From Zygnema circumcarinatum SAG 698-1b (taxonomy: Eukaryota > Plantae > Zygnematophyceae), in the NCBI GenBank assembly GCA_037447605.1, contig CM074820.1, forward strand, positions 744,001 to 808,000: a stretch of DNA of 64,000 nucleotides, in the 5' to 3' direction. Numbering within the stretch: the stretch's first letter is position 1; every line of letters starts with the position of its first letter. The translations under genes and the position numbers were made by a program. This document shows positions 57,796 through 64,000 of the stretch, in pieces. The notes beneath the pieces are model-generated. The model ran no database searches and had not been told where the DNA came from. It saw nothing but the letters and a program-made list of their open reading frames with translations.

Positions 57796-58929
57796 GACTC
57801 TTAACGACTAACTTCCTGCCCTCTTTTTCCAATCCAAGTTTCCTCCAGACTCCTCGCAGACACGTTTACAACCACTCGTCACTCAAGGTCTGACTTTTTT
57901 CCACGCTCCTGAAAAAGCTGGGACTTCAAAGTACCAAAGCAGCTTATCGCTTATCCTCTCGTCACGCAAACAGAAACTATTGCCTCCTAACACTCAGCGA
58001 TGTGAACGGCTCCTCCTCGTGCCCAGCACTCCGCCTATAGCCTCCCTCCCTCGCTCCTCCCTCCCTCAGCCCCTCTCTCCCTCCAAGAGCCCGCAGCGCC
58101 CTCCCCTCCTTTTATACCTCCAAACTTTACCTTCCAAAACCCTTCCAAAACTCCTTCCAAATTTTTCCTTCCAAAACCCTTCCAAAGCCCTTCCAAAATC
58201 TCCCTCAGGACGCTGCCACAGAGGGCAGCAGCCCGCTTCCGTCCCGCCGGTCCGCTACCGGACAGCAGAGCGGGCTGACGTGGCGGTGGTTCCGTAACTT
58301 GCGGAATAGCACCAATCAGGACGCTTGGGAGCCTCGCAAGTGCAGAAATGGCCCCTTGAGGACCTGAATGGGGCGGGCAGGGAAAAACAATTGTACGTGA
58401 CGTACACACACTTGCGATGACGTTATCGGACAAAAAAAGCGGTATGACGGCCAGGTACATCGAAGACCTGGAAAGGAGGGGAATAAGGAAAGTAATATTT
58501 CTCACTACTTTGTTTTTCCCCTGCCCGGCTCATCCAAAGGACATTCTTTTTTTTTGTTTTCGGGTTTTGGACTCGCCACGTCGACGTGGCTAAGTCCACG
58601 TCACGCCCATCTGGACAATTCAGTCGTGACCTGGAGCCACGCGGCGCGCCGTCAGGCGGCGGATGGGATTACGGCGCCACGTGGTGAAATCCTGCCCTGC
58701 ACGCCAGCTGGAGGTCCGCACTCGTCGTCAGCAGTCAGCAGTTTGTGCAGAGGACGGCTCTCAGATCTTGGATTGTGCGCATAGTGGAAAAGACACGCTG
58801 GGAGCACACCTTTCACCTTTTCACCGTTCACCTTTCTCGACGGCAGGAGACGCGGGGATGAAAAGAGAAATGTGGTGTACAAAACGAAAAATAAGCAAAA
58901 TAAAGAAAAAAGAGACATATTGAGGCGTT

Positions 58930-59028
58930 GTTCGCGTGGCCAAGTGGTAAGGCGTCCACCTCTTCCACCTCGTGGAAAACATGTTCCGATATCTTGGAAG
59001 AACGCCGGTTCGACTCCGGCCGCGAACA
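58930..59028 (+). tRNA. tRNA-like Pol III gene with an abnormal anticodon/variable region; isotype not assignable
   Basis: 7-bp acceptor stem GTTCGCG/CGCGAAC plus discriminator A. A box TGGCCAAGTGG and 3-bp D stem. T arm GCCGG-TTCGACT-CCGGC. TTTT about 18 nt downstream. Confidence 0.75.
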
Positions 59029-59872
59029 TGGTTTCGACTTCAGGTTTTCGCAGCGTTCTCACTGACTGTGACCATGTCATTTGCTCGTGGCTCCAACATC
59101 TTCACTTGTTCAAAGTTCAAACCTATCGGCAGTAGGGCACTAGAACTAGCGGTGGAGCCGTGGAGCGAAACTCCGAGGCTCCGTTGGATGCGGGCTTTGG
59201 ACGGCCCTTGGACTTTTCCAAGGAAACGCACCAACCTAAGAGTTTGGCGCTAGTGCCTGATTTTTTGGCGCTAGCGCCGACACTGCCACACGGCTATTTC
59301 TTATTGGCTGTTGCTGCGGCCACGTGACTCTTGTTTTTTTTGCACTGCCCTTTTTTTTAACAAGCCGCAGACCAATCGGAGATCAGTTCCTATCCCAAAA
59401 TCGACGGCTCCAATCTATTAAGCCGTATCCAGTACTGTACCTGAGCCGTCCGATCTGTCGGCAGGTTCTCTAAACAATGGGATTTTCAGGAAGACCAGAC
59501 TAGAAATTATATTGTGAACCTTTTTCGGGCAGTTACGGCATTCCCTAGACGTAAATAGTTTCAGATATTGTGCGCTTCTTATTTTTGAGTTTCAAGTTTC
59601 TTTCAACCTTTGTATTTCCTTTCCGAAAAACAAATGCTGTTTAAAACTTGACCGGATTCTACCATTAGCCAATTAAAACGCCCCTCGTGTCCAAAATCAA
59701 ACATTTTTTCCTGCCCGATTACCTGTCGAATTTTCTGGCCGGTTCACTCTGACCGCTGAGACCTCCCCTGTCCAAGCCCGGGAGAGGGCCAGGGAGAGGG
59801 GGTGACTGGAAGAGAGAAAGAGAGAGAGACGAGAGAGAGTAGTGAGAGAGACAGAGAGAGAGACACTCCGTC

Positions 59873-63877
<4,005 letters not shown>

Positions 63878-64000
63878 GTAAGGGCTATTTTCCAGTCGGT
63901 GGGTACAAATGGGGTGTAAAATTTCCTAAAGAATCTCCTCTTTTTGTAACCTTTCTCTTTTCTTTCCGTGCACATCTGTTCTTTCAACTCTATAAAGTTA

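Noticed and set aside
58930-59028. Selenocysteine tRNA
   Set aside because: No TCA anticodon, and a 7/5 rather than 9/4 acceptor/T-stem arrangement.

Overview
Eukaryotic nuclear DNA. Intron-rich plant-type genes, CT/GA microsatellites and telomere-like tracts point to a streptophyte green alga or an early-diverging plant (inference). 1-6486 is a decayed Ty1/copia retrotransposon with its 3' LTR; its internal duplications coincide with assembly gaps. 6.5-10.6 kb is a patchwork of non-autonomous DNA-transposon pieces. Host genes in order: intronless SAM-dependent methyltransferase (+), anthranilate synthase alpha (-), MED6 (+), thylakoid FKBP13 (+), O-fucosyltransferase-like (+), PDI (+). Two adjacent fold-back TIR elements with 8-bp TSDs follow. 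Then come a plastid-type GIY-YIG fusion gene (-), cytosolic TPI (+), and a head-to-head pair of serine carboxypeptidase-like genes with an atypical tRNA-like gene between them. The strongest unexplained signal is the composite motif CCAAT-N9-CCACG (ERSE-I). I found at least 13 perfect copies by eye against about 0.12 expected by chance. They often form convergent inverted pairs and occur both near host genes and inside TIR elements. Exon coordinates were read by hand.
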